This document shows, piece after piece, positions 14,654 through 30,739 of a DNA stretch of 64,000 bases (its first letter is position 1; each line of letters opens with the position of its first letter). Made by a program: the position numbers and the translations under genes. The DNA lies in assembly GCF_009914755.1 (NCBI RefSeq), contig NC_060928.1. One strand, written 5' to 3'. The notes under the pieces are model-generated. The model was not told the origin of the DNA and searched no databases. It saw nothing but the letters and a program-made list of their open reading frames with translations. The stretch comes from the human T2T-CHM13v2.0 reference genome, Homo sapiens.

Positions 14654-15057
14654 ATTGACTCATTTTATTGATGAGCCTCACCAATGTCTATAGTTTACAT
14701 CAGAGTTCACTCTTTGTGCTATATATTCTGTTTGGGTTTTGACTAATGTACAGTTACTTGTGTCTGCCATTACAGTGTCCTGGTAGAATAAGGAATAGTT
14801 TCACTGTCCCCAAAATTCCCTGTATCCCACCTATTCATTCCTCCCTCTCCTGCACCCCCATCCTGAGCCCTGGTAACCACTGATCTTTTTACTGTCTACA
14901 TTGTTTTATCTTTTCAAGAAGCCATATAGTTGGATTCAAATAGTATATAGCCTTTTCAGATTGGCATCTTTTACTTAGAAATACACATTTAAGTTATCTC
15001 TATGTCTTCTCCTGGTTTCATAGCTCATTTTACTTGTATCACTGAGAAATATTTCTT

Positions 15058-15377
15058 TTTTCTTTTTCTTTTTCTTTTTTTTTTTTTTTTTTTTTTTGAG
15101 ACATAGTCTCACTCTGTTGCCCAGGCTGGAGTACAGTGGTGTGATCTTGGCTCACTGAAACCTCTGCCTCCTGGGTTCAAGTGGTCCTCCTGCCTCAGCC
15201 TCCTGAGTAGCTGGGACTATAGGCACATGCCACAATGCCGTGCTAATTTTTGGTATTTTTAGTAGAGACGGGGTTTCACTGTGTTAGCCAAGATGGTCTT
15301 GATCTCCTGACCTCGTGATCTGCCCACCTCGGCCTCCCAAAATGCTGGGATTACAGGCATGAGGCACCATGCCCGGC
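15058..15377 (-). mobile_element. Alu (AluSc-like)
   Basis: gttagccaagatggtcttgatctcctgacctcgtgatc diagnostic stretch; TSD gagaaatatttctt / gaaaaatgtttctt. Confidence 0.93.
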
Positions 15378-15877
15378 AGAAAAATGTTTCTTCATATGAA
15401 TGTACCATAGTTGGTTTATCCAGTCACCTATTGAAATATATCTTGGTTGCTTTCAAGTTTTGGCAATTATGAATAAAGCTACTATAAACATCCGTATGCA
15501 AATTCTGTTTGGACATGAGTTTTCAGCTCATTTGGGTAAATACCAATGAGCACAACTGCTGATTCATATCGTAAGAATACGTTTAATTTTGTAGGAAACT
15601 GCCAAAATCTCTCCAAAGTGGCTGTACCATTTTGCATGGGATGACAGTTTGTGTTGCTGCACATCCTCACCGGTATTTGATATTATCAATGCTTCAGATT
15701 TTCATTATTCTAATTGATGTGTAAATGGTATGTCATTGCTGTCTGAATTTGCACTTCCCTGGGAACATATGTTTGGAGCATCTTTTCAAATGCTTATTTG
15801 TCATCTGTATATCATCTTTGGTGAGGTGTCTGCTCAGATCTTTTGCTCATTATTAATTGAGTTATTCGTCATTTTAT

Positions 15878-16804
15878 ATATTAGCTTGTATGCTGTTTAA
15901 CAAGTTACCAAAAACTTAGCAGCTTAATAAATCACACGTTTATTATTTCACAGTTTTCATAGGCCAGGAATCTGGATACAGCACAATACGGTCCTGAAGT
16001 CAGGATCTTATAAGGCTGTGGGAGGGAGCTTGATATGGCGTGACTGTGCCCCCACCCAAATCTCATCTTGAATTGTAGCTCCCATCATTCCCATGATTTG
16101 TGGGAGGGACTCAGTTTGGGATAATTGAATCATGGGAGCTGATTCCACCATACTGTTCTCCTGGTGGTGAATAAGTCTCACAAGACCTGATGGTTTTATA
16201 AGGTGAAACTCCTTTCACTTGGTTCTCATTCTCTCTCTTACAGCTACTATGTAAGAAGGGCCTTTCCCCTGCCTCCGTGATTGTGAGTCCACCCCCCGCC
16301 AGCTACATGGAACTGTGAGCCCATTAAACCTCTTTTTCTTTTTATAAATTACCCAGTCTTGGGTATGTCTTTATCAGCAGCATGAAAGTGGACTAATAGA
16401 GAGCTGCAATCTCATCTGAGGCTTTGAATCTTTTTCCAGACTCACTGGTTCTTGGCTGAATGTAGGTCCTTGCAGTTACAGGAGTGAGATCCTCAACTAC
16501 TAGCAGCTGCCCACAGTTTTCTGCCATTTGGCCATCTCCACAATATGGAAATTTGCTTCTTTAAGCCTGGCTTTAGCATCTGCTGTGAATTCAAGGGCTT
16601 GTCTGATTAAGTCAGGGCCATCTAAGATTACCTTTTTTTATTAAGGTCAATTGTCTGAGGACTTTGATGACAGCTGTAAAATCCCCACCTTGACTGTAGA
16701 ACATAATCTAATCTATCACATATATGGGTCCTGCCCACATTCAAGAATAAGAGATGAGACAGAGCATGACTCCCTTGGGGTCTTCCTACAATATACCTTC
16801 CACA
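15878..16804 (-). mobile_element. MLT1 LTR (MLT1E-like), split by a THE1 LTR
   Basis: aacaagttaccaaaaacttagcagcttaa...tttattatttcacagtt at left, ...ccttccaca terminus at right. Confidence 0.75.
16031..16400 (+). mobile_element. THE1 solo LTR (THE1C-like)
   Basis: tgatatgg...gactaata termini, 370 bp, perfect 5-bp TSD gagct. Confidence 0.93.
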
Positions 16805-16969
16805 GAGTCAGCTCTGTGGGCCTCAGGTAGTCAAAGTATTTCCTGGCCCCACTAGCTGGATGTTATCAATGTTCCACATCATCTGGCCATTTTAGTGCAC
16901 ACAGTTTCTGGTGTGCTTTCTTTTCCAACAACCTGTATCTGTCGATCTTTATCAGTGGACCATCCTTCT

Positions 16970-17255
16970 GGACCCCTATTAACCTGAGTAGGAATGGTGC
17001 CATGTTTTAGAGAGCAAAGAAGAGACCCAGAGCCAGCAAAAGAGACATAGGGTTTTACTGGGCATGAAACATACAAATAGGGAGGTCCAGTGGCAGGCAG
17101 GCTGAACAGGAGAAACTCTTGACTTGCAAAAAGAATACATTTTATATAGCATTTCCACTTATACCTTCCTCCTAACAGTCTCCCCCAGGCAACCTTCACT
17201 TAACCCATAAAAAAGGCCTTGATCTTCTGTACGGCCCATGTTTCACAGAACATAT
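16970..17255 (-). mobile_element. ERVL-type LTR fragment (LTR32/LTR47-like)
   Basis: gaagagacccagagccagcaaaagagacatagggtttta and gtccagtggcaggcaggctg motifs recalled from this LTR group. Confidence 0.55.
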
Positions 17256-17469
17256 ATTTCAAGGATCCTTTCAGCTATAAATTAAGTCATCCTTATGATC
17301 TAATTTGTGGTAAAGTATGAGAATGCTAATGGGTTACTGCTGTCAAATAAGTTATTTTTGTTTTTACAGGAGGATTCTGATGACAAAGCTTCAATATGAA
17401 AGAAATTGGTGCTCATTTTTGGCACCCAGAGCAAGTAGGCTAAAATAGAAAAAGTAATAATGAAGGGTG

Positions 17470-17870
17470 TTTCTATGGTTTGAATGCATCCCCCCAAAAG
17501 CATGTGTAAACTTAATCCCCAGTGCAACAGTGTTGTTAGGTGGGGCCTAAGGAGAAGTGTTCAGGTGATGAGGGCTCCACCCTCATGAATAGATTAATGC
17601 CAATTATAAATGGGCTTGAGGCTGTGAGTCTTATCTCTTGCACTCTTTCTATCTCTGTCTCTCTCTCTCTCTCTCTCTGTCTCCTCTCTCTCTTCCCCTC
17701 TCTTGACTTTTTTTCCACCATGAGATGACTCAGCAAGAAGGCCTCTGTCAGATGCTGACCCCTTGATCCTAAACTTCCCAGCCTCCAGAAATGTAAGAAA
17801 TCAATCTCTGTTCTTTATAAATTACACACTCTCAGGTATTCTGTTATAGCAGCACAAAACGGACGAAGAA
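17470..17870 (+). mobile_element. MST solo LTR (MSTC/MSTD-like)
   Basis: ctatggtttgaatg...ggtattctgttatagcagcacaaaacggac, with an internal CT-rich tract. Confidence 0.85.
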
Positions 17871-18149
17871 AAGTGCTTTCTTATAAATATTTTATAGGAC
17901 ACAGTTATCCTTAGTCTTTGCGTTTCATTATTTGGTCCTAACTCAGTTTATTAGCCCTTACCAAGACTGCCACTGGATCAGGGAATAGCTGTTTCCATAT
18001 CCTTAAAATGAGTGTCAGATGAGTACTGAAGGCCAGCTTGAGACTGGAGATGAGGATATGAAAGATGTGGAAGGAGCGACAAAATCCTATATCTGTTCAT
18101 CATTATACTATTCATGGTCTAGAAAGGAGCACCAAAATATACCCAAAAT

Positions 18150-18812
18150 ATGTCCAAATATCCGTTTCTTTCCATCTTTACTGCTACCACCCTGAACCAA
18201 TCCAGTAGCCCTTTGAAATAGCCTCATAACCGGTCTTCCCATTTCCTCCCTTAAACCATATGCACCATTTTTTACATATCAACCAAGGTAAACTGACTTC
18301 ACCCTAAATTACAAGATATAATTTCCTGCTTAAAATCCTACAGTTATTTCTTATTGCAGTTAATGACAATTAACTTTTTAATAAAATGGTCTGGAATGTT
18401 CCACATCAAACCATGCTCAACTTCAGTGTCAACCTGTTCAAGGCAATATACTCCAGCCATACTGACCTCATTTCAGTTCCCTCGTTTCTAAGTTAGGGTA
18501 ATCCCTTTGCCCAAAGTTCAGTCTCCTGATCTCCACATACCTGGCTACTTTAAATTCAATCTATTTCCATTTCACGTAGAGTGTACTCCACACCATTCTG
18601 TTGTGTCATCTTCTTAGCACATTTCACTTTATGAAATTATCTCATTCACTCAGATATATACTTGTTTGTCTGTGACCTTCCTTCACATACACAAATAAAA
18701 AACCACAGGAATGAGAATAGTGACCTTCACAGTGTGGTTTATTGCCAATTCTCCTGCCTCTTAACAGTACTGAGGAATCTGTAATGACTAAAAAGTAAAT
18801 GTATGAACGAAG
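18150..18812 (+). mobile_element. L2 fragment
   Basis: ccatctttactgctaccaccctg, ctccagccatactgacctc, cacatacctggctact L2 3' motifs. Confidence 0.7.
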
Positions 18813-19567
18813 ATATATGAAATAATAGGTGGATGGAATTTGCATTCTCTCTTTTCTATTCAAGGGAATTAGACAATTGACATCAAAGTCACTGTTATGA
18901 ATTTTTTGATACTTTTTACTTATTAAAATTTGTGTCATGTTGTGACAAGGTTAAAATCATAGTGAGGGATAATTTCCTAACAAATTGCTTAGGACAAAAT
19001 AAAATCATATTACCAATATGCAGGAAGGTTTGGGAAAGTAGCTACTTTAAATATGGATAGCAAATAATTATTTAGTTACACATATCTACAGATAAATTTG
19101 TAATAGAATGTCATACCTTTGTCCCAGTAATTCTGTTTAGATATTTAGCCTAAGAAAATTATATGAATATGTGCCAAACTCAAAAGTTTAGCATTAGTCC
19201 ACTGGATTAATAAGTATAGAGACATACAAAGGGAAACTTATTTCATTAGTAAAAATAATCCTAGAGGCAAATACTTATTAACATAAAAGTTAGATGTATC
19301 CATTATTAAGTCAAAAGGCATTATAATAAAGTATAAAAATTGAAAGACTACCTTGATAATCTTGCTTTAATTAATTTGATAATTGTGGGCATCTATCTAC
19401 CCTAAAATACATCAATCGTGATTATTTATAGAGAGTCAAATTGTAGGATATTTTTAAATTTCCTTTATTTTATTGACATGTATCTATACTTCATTGGTTT
19501 CCTCAAAAAAAACATAATTTTTATGTTTTTTTAAAAAAGTCAAAAATTTATAATATTGAATCCTCTA

Positions 19568-20516
<949 letters not shown>

Positions 20517-21478
20517 TTAAGGGCTTCTAGTATTCATACCTAGATTTATACAAAGGTATTCTGGAAATGGTATTGAACCACCTCAACAACAAGAAAAATT
20601 TCACTACTGAGACATACATAGGAACACTCTAGAACACCGCAAACATTAGCAAAGCTTTTCCCTTCCACCTTGCCTTCGTAGCTCATTTTAATCATTATTT
20701 TTAGCTTGAATAAAAATGATAAGGGAAACAAATGAGTATAATTTGCTCTCAGTCCTGCCAAGTATAAATATGGTTCATTACCTGCTTTTTAAAAAACACA
20801 AAGGCGTGAGTTTGTGATTTGGTAACATTTGTCTTCACCATGATATGTAAATTTCATTGTAAGTAAGTAGAAATATTTTTAGCCTACTTCAAAAACATAG
20901 TTGTTTAGAAGCATTCTTCTCCAAAACCTATGATCACGGAAAGCTTACAGATTTTTTCTTTCTACTGGTTTCAGGCTGACAGAGTGCAGAAACAGCATGT
21001 TGACTTGTTGAAGTGGGAGAAAGTATATTTTGTATATGTTTTTTCAAAAATCACTCCATCGATTACAAGTTAACGGTGTGAAAGAAATTCTACTTTTGGG
21101 CTAAGTCAAACATTTTAAAATTAAGAAATGTAATTTTCGAGTAACTAAAAATGATTGGTATAAAGTGATGTTAAGAATCCACCAGTTTGGGGTGGTTATT
21201 ACCGCTTGTTTTTACCTTATAATTTGTGCTTTCATTTTGTATATTCAAAGTTAGGACAGCTGATGGGGATGTTATCCAACGTGCTGAGTCATGCAAAGTG
21301 CCTTAAATGACCAAAAGGCCAAAGACAGCCAAGGACCAATTTACAAAGCTGACAACTTGGTTTTGCTCCTCCTCATGTCCCCCTTGATCTAGCTATTTCT
21401 AAGCAGCCCAAGGACTACAGCTCTCACATCACTGCTTCTGTGGCTCCTCTACGACCCACGCCATTATTCCACAAATAG

Positions 21479-22040
<562 letters not shown>

Positions 22041-22098
22041 TAAGCTGAGAATGCGGGTACAGCGGGTACAGGCTGACTGGATCTGGGTCCAGAATCAG

Positions 22099-22828
22099 TG
22101 AAATGGGAGACCTCCCTGACCCGCCTCGCAGGACATGCGACAGGGGTGTGGCTCATCTGTTCAGCCACCAGGTGCACTCAAACCCCTTACAGGAGTGGGA
22201 ACACGCAGATGGACACGTTCAGGAGCCATGGTGAGTGCTTTCTGGGCTCTGGCACTACAGTAGCGTCTAGGGGTGGATGCCTGCAACTCCTGAAGCCAAA
22301 TGGTCTGCAGACCGCTTAAGTGCTAACCTGCTCAGTGCAGTTCCCGTTTGGTACCCAGGTCCTTGTTCATCGTACAGAAGAATTAGGTTGCACACAGACT
22401 TGAAAGATGGTGAATGTGGGGGTTTTATTGAGTGCTGGAGGTGGCTGTCAGTGGGATGGATGGGGATCTGGAAAGGGGATGGAGTAGTAAGATAATCTTC
22501 CCCTGGAGTTTGGCTGTCCAGCAGCGGATCTCCACTCTGACTGCCCCCAGCCGAATTCCTCTCCGTGTTCAGACACTCCTTCTCTTCTCTCTGCCAGGCC
22601 GTCCTGCCATTCTTCTGCTCATTCTCTTCATCTCCTCCTGGAGCCTGGGGTTTGGGGCTTATATGGGCACAGGATGGGAGGCGTGGCAGGCCAAAAGGCA
22701 ACTTTGGGGCTTGAAAACAGGGATTCCTGTTCCCATTTAAGGCTGTGGGTTTCCAGGCTTGAGGGTGGGGCCTTTGAAGGGGAACCACCCTCTTCTACTC
22801 AGTATTTCCATGTCTCCTGTCAGTATCA
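22099..22828 (-). mobile_element. ERV1 solo LTR (LTR1/LTR28/MER52 group)
   Basis: TG...CA termini, 730 bp, GC-rich; reverse complement begins tgatactgacaggagacatggaaatactgagtagaagaggg; 4-bp TSD tcag/acag. Confidence 0.85.
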
Positions 22829-22959
22829 ACAGGAAGATGTGCATTTGAGTCTTCCAAGTTTCTCCACATGAGGTAAATATTTCAGCCATGTGCAGTGCAA
22901 GAAGACAGCTGTCAGGAGTCACATTTCTACAGACTGGAAGCCCATCCATATATTTTTAT

Positions 22960-24915
22960 TATTTCTTTCTAGGTTAGTGCTTTTACTTTTTTTTTTTTTT
23001 GTACTAAGAAAACTTAGTTTATCTCAAGATTTCAAGGATTTTCTGTTAGGTTTAATCCATAAATTTTATAAGCTTAGCTTGTATATGTAACTCTATGATC
23101 TTTTGGAAATTAGTTGTGTTTGGTGTGAACTATGATTTGAAGTTAGTCTTATTTCATGTGTGTTTAGCCAATGTATCAAGCACCATTTGTTGAAAAGACT
23201 ATTCTTTCATTCGTAACCTCAGTGACTTTGTAAAAAATCAACTGAATCGTATATATGCAGTTCTATTTCTGGAATTTCTACTCAGATGTCTATCTTTAAT
23301 CAAATACCACTTTTTCTTGATAATGTAGCTTTATTACGAGCCTTAAAATAGGTAGTATAAGTCCTCAAAATACATTCTTTTAACATAAAGTGGCTAGGCT
23401 ATTCTAGATCTTTGCATTTCCATATGTATTTTTAAATGAATTTGTTCATTTTTACAAAAAAAAGTTTCTGGTATTTTGATTGGACTTTTTAATCTATAGA
23501 TCAACGTGAGGAAAATAGACATCTTGACAGTATTGGGCCATGCAATGTGTGTATCCACTTAGATAGGCTTGCTTTAATTTGGGCAATAGCTTGTATTTTT
23601 GTAGTGCGGAAGTTTTCGATGCTGTTGCAAATTGTACCGTTTGTTTAAATTTATTTTTCCAATTGTTTCTTACTATCATAAAAATAAAATAGAATTGCGT
23701 ATATTGACTTTGCATCCTGCAGTCTTGCTAAATTCACTTATTAGATCTAGCAATTTAGTTCTAGTATTATAGGAGATTACTTACAATTTTCTATGGAGAC
23801 ACATATCAACTACAAATAAAAACAACTTTTTTTTTCTCTTTTCATATTGTACTGACCGTGTCATCCAATCTGATGTTAAACAAAAGTGTAAGAATTAATA
23901 TGCTGCCTCTTTTTCTGATTTTAGGGAGAATACATTCAATACATCACCATTTAGTATATAAGGTTATCTGCAGACTTTCATTGATGTTATATTAGTCAGC
24001 TTGGGCTGCGTTAACAAAACACCACAGGCTGAGTGGCTAAAAAAACAGGCATTTGTTTTCTCATAGTTCTGGAGGTTTGAAGTGCCAAATCAAGGTGCCA
24101 TCAGAATTGGTTTCTGGTAAAGTCTCTTCCTGGCTTGCAGATGGCCATCTTCTCTTTGTATCCTCACATGGCTTTTTCTCTGTGTGTATACAGAGAATGA
24201 GATAGAGTTTGCTGGTGTCTGTTCTTATTCTTATAAGGACACCAGTCCTATTAGATTAGGGTCCAATCCTTACAACATCATTTAACATTAATTATATCCT
24301 TAAAATTCCTGTTTCCAAAATATAACACATTGGGGGGTAGGGTTTCAACACATGAATTTGTGGGGGGTGGGAGGTTCACAGCTCAGTCCACAACAGATGC
24401 CCTTTAATAGATTCAGAAATTTCCCATCAATTTTTATTTAGCTGAGATATTTTATCATGAAAGGCTGTTGAATGCTGTCAAATAATTTGTCGGCCTCTAC
24501 TGACATAAAATTATACTCAGGTGGTAAATCACATTATTTTACTTATAAATATTTAGTTAACTTCCTTTGTAGGATGAACCCCACTTGCTCATGATATATT
24601 TATTCTTTTATATTTGATTGAGCACTTTTGCATTTATGTTGCTGAAGAATAATTTCTTGTAATGTCATCGGGTTTTGGTATCATTATATAGGCTTTCTAA
24701 GATTAATTGGAAAAAGTTCCTTTCTCCTAAATTTTTTGAGAGGCTTTTTCAAAATTGGTATTACTTGTTCCTTAAACTTTTGATAGAGTTTATCTGTGAA
24801 ACCATCATGGCCTAGAGTTTTCTTTGTAAGAAGGTTTTGTTTGCAATTTCAACTCTATATGTAGCTTTAGATATAGATATCAGATATATTCAGATTTCGT
24901 GTTTTTTCTTGAATA
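22960..24915 (-). mobile_element. Ancient L1M ORF2 fragment, split by MLT1A
   Basis: gcaccatttgttgaaaagacta, ttgctaaattcacttattag, gtgaaaccatc...ttttctttgt antisense ORF2 motifs. Confidence 0.8.
23988..24395 (-). mobile_element. MLT1A-family solo LTR
   Basis: attagtcagcttgggctgc...ctcagtccacaaca; TSD gatgt/gatgc. Confidence 0.9.
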
Positions 24916-24924
24916 AGCTTTAAT

Positions 24925-25370
24925 AAAGCTAGATACTACAAACAAAAAACTCAGAAAAAGTATACTCACAAGAATATTCAAATAGAATAGCTTAAAACAG
25001 TACTGCAGGCAAAAGACTATAAAGAAGCTGGTAAAACTATGTTAGTATCAGTAAGTTAGAATTAAAAAAGAAGCTATTACGGAAGATAAAAATGTTTAAT
25101 TTATTAGGAAAATGTAGTAATTTTAAAATTATATGAAGCTAATGATGAAACAGCAAAATGTATAAAACAAATATCAACAGAACTACAAGGAGAAATTGAC
25201 ACATTTATCACAGTAAATTTTTGGCACGTCTCTCTCAGAAGTTGATACATTAATTAAACGAACAAACAGGCAATAAACAAACTAGAAAGAATTTGAACAA
25301 CTAAGTTAACAAGCTTAACTAATGCATACATACAGAATGCAATTCCAAAATACAATAATAGAAAATGAAC
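24925..25370 (+). mobile_element. Ancient L1M endonuclease-region fragment
   Basis: acagaactacaaggagaaattgaca, ctctctcagaagttgata, gaatttgaacaac match the L1 ORF2 N-terminal region. Confidence 0.7.
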
Positions 25371-26080
25371 TTTATCATGCTTTTATATATTCTTCAAAGC
25401 CTTGCTTCTATATTCAGATTCTAAAATAATAAAATATAGTTATATTGTACATTACCCATAATATGAAAGTTATCAACAGTCACTATTTTATGTTTCATAA
25501 TTCTTAAGAAGCAATAAAAACACTACTATTAAGAACTGTATACAAGTTCAACAGCATATTTATAAGCATAAATTGAACATTAATAGAGTGAAAGAGTACG
25601 CAGACATTAAAATTTCATAGTTCATCTAGATTTTGATGACGTTGTTACCATTAAAATATATTTCTTTAAAAAGCAAATGAAATTCTAGTGTAGCTCTACA
25701 GCAGCATGTAAAAATAAGACAGGAGCAAAGTATATGCTGTGGCACTAGAATTATTCAAATTTACTTAAGAAAATAACAATTTTTATTCTGTAGGAATATT
25801 GACTGTGTTTGGAGAGAAAATGATTTATATAGCACCATGATAGTGCATTCTAGCAATAAACAATATGCTCTCTTTGTTTCTAAACATTTTCCAGAGATGT
25901 TAGGAAGATATTGGTTTATATTGATGAAGTATTTTCTCTGTTACTGTATCAATAGAAAATGCTTCTGGTAATGTCTTATATGATGCACAGGACAGCATAT
26001 TTATTGGATGTAAAAGTATGTCTGCGGGATTAACTTTACAACCTTAATGGAGCAATAATTTAGAAGCTGCTGAAACCTGA

Positions 26081-26560
<480 letters not shown>

Positions 26561-26859
26561 AAGCTTCATTTTTCAATATTCATTCTTTGAACAAATGTTT
26601 TGAATACGATATTCATATTTTTAACTGAGCAAGGTAAATTAGTTTATAGCTTGAGCTTTAAGTAAGATTTAATTAATCAAAAATAGCTTAGACAAACCTT
26701 TATGATTCCTAAATGTTACTCATTTAATATTACTTCCTTCTATATAGACAGTATAAGACACTATTTGACTCTGCAGTTCAGATCTGTATATTTGCTTCTT
26801 CATCTTCTCATCAGCTTCTCTCTAAATTTCAAGTATTGTAGTGAGCAATTTATTTAATT

Positions 26860-27420
<561 letters not shown>

Positions 27421-28039
27421 GTAATCATTAGCTAATATTATTAATATTTTATTCATTATCTACATGTTTCACAAAGAAAAAGTGCTAAATGAAAAAAAAA
27501 TTTCTCCAGCCATTCAACCTGGAAAAATAATTAGAAAAGCCAGTGAGACTTGTCAACAACAGTTAAGGGGAAAGTCTACTTTAAAATCTTCATAGTATCA
27601 GTCTTAATGGTCTCCTTCTTTTCATGACGAACAATTTGCAAGGGCAGTTTTAGAAATTTTTAGGTACATGATATAATCAATTACTCTAAGGAGCTCCATT
27701 GAATAGTTCATGGTTTTCTCTGAATTTTCCTAAGAATAGCAGTCTTTGTAATACAAAATTTAAATCTACATCTTTAAATTAGATCTGGGCTCTATGGGTT
27801 CTCAAATTCTGAGTTTTGCTTATTTTATTTATTACTGAGTTTTTAGTGGTTTTTGTTTATTTCTGTTTTCCAACTTGCTTTTAAAGAAATTAAACTTCAT
27901 AGATAGTAAACACTCTTTATTATGGTAAATTCATGTTTGTCTTCATACGTTTTTGTCTACATATAAAAACAAACATGAAGGTAGAGTAATTCTAATGGTA
28001 AACTATTGTGATTGTTGAACACCTTTCATGTGGCTCTTG

Positions 28040-28400
28040 AACATCTTTCATGTAGTTAAAACTCACTTTCCCAGCCTTCCTTGTCCCTAGTCTCTGTCAG
28101 TCAGAAGTGAGAGTTGGATTAGAAGCATAATGAAACAGGCATAGCAGGGAAACCATTCTGAAAAGAGCGCTTAGTAAGACACTCAGGCTTTTAGTGACTG
28201 CAGCAGAATAGGTGCTAGCAACAGTGTCTGATTCTCAGCTTCAGCAAGTCAGGAACAATGGATTTACCCAGTTGTGGTGGCAGTGGGGTCTTTGTTACAT
28301 TGTCTTAGTTGTTAATAGTGTCTTTAGACATCACAGCCAAGTCTGAAAGTCTAGAACTTTCAGATGTTTGGTGAGCTCCCTACTTTTCCAAACTGGAATG
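28040..28400. mobile_element. Possible old ERVL LTR fragment (LTR33-like)
   Basis: cactttcccagccttccttg and ggtggcagtgggg motifs; heavily diverged. Confidence 0.35.
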
Positions 28401-29102
28401 CTTTTGAGGGAAACAGGCATAAGCAGAAATTATTTCAGGCAAACTGACACATATGATCACCTTATACAGAAAGCTGTTGGGAATAAAATAAATCATTAAA
28501 AAACAGAGAAATTTTCTGGCATCACTGTTGTAATTATGATATTTAAAGTAGCTTAAAATTTTTAAAAAGAAGAATCACCAATAACTAAACAGACTAAAAA
28601 CAGTGGTTGACAGAATCAAAAAAATGAACAAGTTGCAAAACAAAGGAAAAAGAAAATTTAAAAAAAAAAGAACAACATGTAAACACAATAAAAAAACAAC
28701 CATAAAAGGAACAAATTAGTGATCAAATAGAGCCACCGGAACTGACTCCCTTTTAGAAAACAATTACATTGTGGTTATTGGAGAAATATATAGAAATATG
28801 TCAAGGAAATTGATTCAATCTTCTGAAAAACACTAGTTTATTGATGTTGTTGTTGTTCACTCTAGCTTTACTGACTCTTTTGTAGCCTGAAGTTGGAAAA
28901 GAAAAGAAGTAATTAAGATACAAGATATGTTAAGAAAGTGTCTACAAATAACACCTGTCTTGAGTACAGTTAACACCATCTCACAAATGTCCCTGATTAT
29001 CACAAAAGAATAATCATAGAAACAAATGGATTCCTTTTCCAAATAAACATATTATCATGGAAAAGAATGGTTATAAATGATCCTTTTAAAAAGGAAAATG
29101 AG

Positions 29103-29375
29103 GGTGTGGTGTGGTGGCTCATGCCTTTAATCCCAGCAGTTTGGGAAGCTGAGGCTGCAAAATTGCTTGAGGCTGAGTTTGAGAGGAGCTGGTGCAACAT
29201 AGCAAGATGCCATATCTATATTAAAAATTGTTTTTTAAATTAACCAGGCATGGTGGCATGCACCTGTACTCCTAGTTATGCAGGAGGCTGAGGCAGGAGG
29301 CTTGCTTGAGCCCAGATATTCAAGGATACAAGGAGCCATGATTTTGGCACGGCACTCTAGCCTGCGTGACAGAGA
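29103..29375 (+). mobile_element. Alu (AluJo-like), lacking its tail
   Basis: Diverged dimer ending gcctgcgtgacagag with no A tail. Confidence 0.88.
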
Positions 29376-30067
29376 TCATAACCAGGGATTCAACTTACAT
29401 AGAAGCTTCTACCTGTTTCATTTTGTTTTGTTTTCCAAGAGAGCAATAACTCTGGTTACTGTTCCTCTGGACATTTATTCAATCCATCAGTCTAAAAGCC
29501 AAGATTCAATTTAGTAGTTTGATCTATCACTAACTAAAATATTAATTTCCTTTAAAATATTAAATGACTTGGAAACTATTGGTCTTGTGTGTTATAAGAG
29601 GAAGACCCAAGGGAACTGAGGAATGAAGTGAAGACAAAAGCTACAAGATTACATATCTTGCACATATTACATATGACACAAAGAGTCAAGTGGGGGAAAT
29701 AGCAACTGCTATTTCTCACAGCTTTAAAAGAGCTGACAAACATTTCTCACTGCCATTCTCCTTTCAAACCTTTCAAATAATAAATGTTTCACTTTTGTGA
29801 TCTACATTGAGTATCTGGGGAATTAGATGTCCAAGAGAAAACATCTATATGACAGGGTGAAATTCTAGTGCATGGCCAATGTACAACAAGTAATTCAGAA
29901 TTATTGAACAGAGTCCTTCGAATTAAGCACTGCTCTGAGATTCCTATTTATTTTTCAACCCTAAACTAGGGTGTGGAGGAAAGGAATTCATAACCTAACA
30001 AGTGAGGTAAGAGCCATAACACCAGGAAGAGGATTTTAAATACCAGGCACACAAAGTAAGTATAGAA

Positions 30068-30362
30068 TTTTTTTTTTTTTTTTTTGAGATGGAGTTTCAT
30101 TCTTGTTGCCCAGGCTAGAGTGCAATGATGCAATCTCACCACAACCTCTACCTCCCGGGTTCAAGTGATTCTCCTGCCTCAGCCTCCCGAGTAGCTGGGA
30201 TTACAGGCATGCGCCACCATGCTGGGCTAATTTTGTATTTTTAGTAGAGACAGGGTTTCTCCATGCTGGTCAGGCTGGTCTCGAACTCCTGACCTCAGGT
30301 GATCCTCTCACCTCAGCCTCCCAAAGTGCTAGGATTACAGGCGTGAGCTACTGTGCCCAGCC
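30068..30362 (-). mobile_element. Alu (AluSp-like)
   Basis: gagtttcattcttgttgcccag and gggtttctccatgctggtcagg diagnostics. Confidence 0.93.
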
Positions 30363-30739
30363 GATTTTTTTATAATCTCCAGGTAATTTGAGATTGACAC
30401 AAATCTATGGGAATATCCAAAGTCTGGTCACTGCTAAAGTTCAAGGTCATTTGCAATAAAGCAAGAGCGAGACATCCAGCACATTCTTCTCTTACCTGTT
30501 GACTGTGGCAGAGCCCTTGTTTCTTAAATGTCCTATAATCACTATCTGACTTAGAACTAGATGATCCCCGACGAACTTGGTGTGCATTTAGAATACTTTC
30601 ATAGTAACTGTCAACTTTGTGCCCTGCCAGGTCATGGAATAATTCAGCCTAACCCTTACATTGAACAAATGGTTGAATTTTATTCAAATTTTTTTCTGCC
30701 CATATCAAAGGGTATAATTAGTGAAGTGACATTGTCCTT

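Larger units (their letters stand above)
14245..15877 (-). mobile_element. L1MC-like 3' end, interrupted by an inverted duplication and an Alu
   Basis: T-rich tail, gtacagagtttccatatac...ctattaacatcttgcatta and ccctggtaaccactgatctttttactgtct 3'UTR motifs. Confidence 0.82.

Noticed and set aside
20975-21025. Possible coding exon after tttcag (ADRVQKQHVDLLKWEK)
   Set aside because: No good donor site, no recognisable protein and no supporting neighbouring exons
22267-22788. Longest ORF in the window (173 aa)
   Set aside because: Lies wholly within a GC-rich ERV1 LTR and has no recognisable domain
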